Below the pieces are notes generated by a model. It ran no database searches and had not been told where the DNA came from. It saw only the letters and a program-made list of their open reading frames with translations. Positions 60,717 to 64,000 of a stretch of DNA of 64,000 bases are shown piece after piece. Made by a program: the position numbers and the translations under genes. This DNA comes from Takakia lepidozioides (Eukaryota > Plantae > Bryophyta). The stretch covers positions 34,968,001 through 35,032,000 of the forward strand of contig CM060732.1 in assembly GCA_030704615.1 (NCBI GenBank), given 5' to 3'. The number at the start of each line of letters is the position of its first letter. The stretch's first letter is position 1.

Positions 60717-63595
60717 AGGCATGCCCGTCTGCTGGTTGAGAAGTTGCTCCCATGATGGTGATAGTTTTGGTGGCAACTTCTTGTTCTTGTTGTCATCGCT
60801 ATCTGGCTCTTCTAGTGGCTCATGCGTGGGCCAGCTTTCGTCATTCGGGTGTTCTGATGCCCCGGTCCTGCGTACCATGTCGATTTTGGTGAACAGAGTT
60901 TCTAGGTAAGTTTGCAGCTCCTCCTTAGTCCAAGGCACATGTCTTTGGTCGCCCTGCTGCCCATTAACCAGTTTAGTGCCTGAGTCCCTGTCTCCCTAAA
61001 GGGGTGGTCTTTGTCTTGCCAATGGTGTGAAATGATCCTTTGCCTGGTGCCATGCTTCAGCATATAATGGTCTGTTTACATATGCTGAAGTGCCTGAGAC
61101 TCTCCTTGGTGGCTGGAATTTGGGTAATTCCTAGTGAGTATCTTTGTCGATACTCTCATACCGCTGCCAACTTCCCCTCAATGTGACAAACATCCGATAT
61201 TATAAGTGACTGCCAATATAAAAGCTTGGGCAGCCCATTACTACATCCACTGTTGGGGTTGGGTTGATCCTCAACTATCCCACTGCCCACATGTAAGCTA
61301 TCAGCTCTTTATATTCCAGGGGAGCTTGACGTCGTAATTCTACCAATTATGCTCCTGACCATATTTCCTCCTTAGTCAGTGGCCTCATCCGGTATCTCCA
61401 AGGTATGAGCGTTTGATTGAGCAGATGCAATTGGCCCAATGACCTGCAGGGGGTTAAGGCCTTGAATACCTTCTCTAGCATTTCTGGGATTTGGTGGGCT
61501 GGAACTATCATCATTTTAAAGTATTCCTCTGAATACTTTAGCCACTCCCCATCCTGCTTGCATGGCACGATTTGGAAATCATCCACTGCTACTGAAGTTG
61601 ATGCCACCAGAACAGTTGGTAATGGTACGGGGTTTACCTCCTGAGTAGATGGCCCTGCTGTGGCCTATACCGGTGCCTGTTGACTTTGTGGTGGTGGTGT
61701 TGTTGGTGGTGTTTGTGCTGGTGTTGTTGTTGTGGACCGAATTTGGGCCTCCTGCCCTTGCTCGTCCATTGATTCTTCTTGATCTGGAATTGGTGGTAGG
61801 TATTCCTCGTGAATATCTGTCACCAATTTTGCCAATGCTGTAGCATTGCCCTGTTGAGTTTCTTCATCTCAAGGGCACTTTCTTCACTTAATCATGTCCG
61901 TGCGAAGGCTGCATCTGCTGCGTCCAATCTTGCTTGAAGCGTCAACTTCTCCAGCTGCTGCTTCCATTCTTGTTCATTGCCTATGGCAATGTCTCTCTCT
62001 GTATTGGCTGTGAATAGCCTACTCTCCGGATTTTCTCTCTCCAGCAGTAGTACAGTATTTTCTGCCAAAAATCTGTCTGCTTGGGTCTTAGTCTCCTGAA
62101 GCACTACTTCCTCCTCTATGTTTCTGGATCTCTCCCTCTCTGCATCAAGATCTGCCTGTACATTTTGTATCTCCATCCTCTGTCTTTGTCATTTTTGCTC
62201 TCATTCATCACGATTGCGTATTAGAGTGTTGTACTGGTCGAGCATGTGAGTATGTTGATTTTCCAATGCCGCAATTGTAACCTCATGGTTACAATTGGTT
62301 CGTGCTGTTGTCAATTCCCTCTGATGTTTTTCCTTAAGGTGTTCCATAATCATGGTAAGACTCTCCGAGCTTATGTAATCTTTGGCCCTGTTCATCTGGA
62401 TTGTTGCCTGGCTCAAGGCGTTGATTGCCTGGAGAATTGCATTGCCTGGTGCTTCCTCCAATTCAGTATCCCATGCTATTGTGTCTAAAACTTGTTGTTG
62501 TTAGAGTAATAATTCCAAATTGGAAGTATTCTCTTGCTGCTGCTGCCCTTGTGTTGCCTGCACCGCCTGCTGGTGTTGCACGACTATGGCTCAGGCTTCT
62601 GTTGCTGGTTGTGCGACCTCTGCAGGTGTGACTTGTTGGACTCCTATGCTGGCTGTGATAATCTCCATAGGTGTTGCTTCATTGGCCTGCTGTTTGTTCT
62701 CTGCTGGCTGTTGATATTCTCCTTCTGGCTGTTGATTCTCTCATTGTCTATGTAACGTAGAGTCGGTCGTGGAGTTAAAGAAATCTTCACCCATTCTGCT
62801 TGTTGTGGCTTTGTTGATTCAGGCTCTCTTTGCAAGTCCGCCCTCTTCCTCCAACTGTTGTTCTTCCTCCTCTTGCCCTGCTGCTGTCTTGCTTTCATCC
62901 TCCTCTAATGTATCCGCCCGCTGCATGACTCCTAATGCTGCTTGCTCCTTTGGAGTCAATTGCATGGTGTGTCGGATCATTTGCAAAAGTAGAGGAGTTA
63001 CCATGGTGGTTGTTGGCTGGTTTTTCTTCTTTGTCAGTCAAGTTAGTTCTTGGATCAGCTTTTTTAGTAAAAAGCCTGCCCAATTCACAATCTGGCCGTT
63101 GAGACAACTCAACACCTGGTCAAGCAGTTCGTTGGTGCAATAGCTCTGGTTTTGCCTAAGGCAAAGCAATGTGCTAAGCACTGGGTTTATCTTCTGGAAG
63201 CCCGGGTTTTTGCTCATGCTACATGTGTAACCCTGATCTGTTTGCGTAAGGTCTTGGAACAGATCCGTGATGGTAAACCTCGGTGGTTTGCTGTTGTTTG
63301 CGGGGGCGTCTTGACTGGGTAGATGAAACACTTCTGCTAGGTACTGCTCCGTCAGTAGTATCTGCGTGCTGCGAACGTTGGTAGTTCGAGTATTATTGTT
63401 GTAATTTTCCAAGAACTCCCTGCACAGCTTGTCATGCTTCAAGTTCCAATCCAGGGTATTGATGAAATATTGTAGGCCAAGACTGTCGAGTATCTCTTGT
63501 GTGTCCACGTCCTGCTTGATTCTCCTAAAGGCGGAGTTGATCTTGAATCCCACCTGCGCATAAGGACTTGGTGTCTTCCGCTTAGTGCCTGCCAT
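60717..63595 (-). pseudogene. 3' accessory ORF of a diverged related Gypsy element, interrupted by the family-A LTR
   Basis: LCREFLENYNNNTRTTNVRSTQILLTEQYLAEVFHLP..QGYTC..LLCLRQNQSY..VNWA aligns with 48993-49500. Also has a coiled coil and a KELIAYMW block like RELVAFQV. Confidence 0.75.
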
Positions 63596-64000
63596 TTCCC
63601 TTAGTCTTGCTCTTGTCGTGAGGAATTGAATCACCAATTCCTGTAACAGCAACAGTAAAGCACACTGGAATTTGTGTATACAGCAATTTCCAGATTGCAG
63701 AAGAGAAAGTGTAGAAGGTATTTCGGGGTTTAAGTAAGGGTTCTGTCTTTTGGGTTTTCGTTTCCTCTTCCCGAGAAGTTTCCGCGGAGGTGATTCCGAT
63801 GAGCTGTCCTTTTGGTTTTAAAGCGCAGTTAGCTTTAATTGCCGGTCTGGCGCTTACCAAGAAGCACTTAGTTTTTGGTAACGGTTGTGGGTGAATTTCA
63901 TCCATTCTTTAGATGATTTTGCCTTTCTTTCTTCGGTGTTTTCGTCGGGCTTCATCCTGGTCTTGGATGACAATCGTTGATAATTGTCTGGATGATCTTG

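Overview
Eukaryotic, repeat-dense DNA with no recognisable host housekeeping gene. Spliceosomal introns, telo-boxes, G-boxes and Athila/Tat-type RT motifs point to a land plant, plausibly a bryophyte or other seed-free plant; the lineage is an inference. The window is a nest of transposons. (1) A non-chromovirus Ty3/Gypsy family has three ~1.0-kb LTRs (10296-11313, 52589-53647, 59686-60716), a tRNA-Arg-type PBS, an ORF ahead of gag and a ~3.7-kb sense ORF after pol. One copy (+, 40410-53647, spanning a 500-N gap) abuts the broken integrase of an antiparallel copy (-, 53648-60716). (2) Fragments of two related Gypsy elements and an LTR of a second family are present. (3) A CACTA/EnSpm element (32404-~40360) has a spliced TnpD-like transposase and carries an open SET-domain ORF. 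(4) There is a second EnSpm-like TnpA gene (1-3000), two LINE fragments (one with a PCIF1/CAPAM-like motif), a MITE and a 2.2-kb TGT...ACA element with a 4-bp TSD. The most unusual part is 12.5-31.3 kb: decayed genes for a Ser/Thr kinase, a coiled-coil/RING-H2 protein and an intron-containing ParB/Sulfiredoxin-like protein. The kinase and RING genes share one promoter grammar: arrays of the palindrome AAGCGACCGCC-N6-GGCGGTCGCTT spaced ~50-53 bp, then a G-box, G-run, TATA and pyrimidine Inr. This suggests a large, possibly undescribed gene-carrying mobile element with its own DNA-binding/parS-like site system. All domain calls come from motif recognition by eye, and no searches were run.
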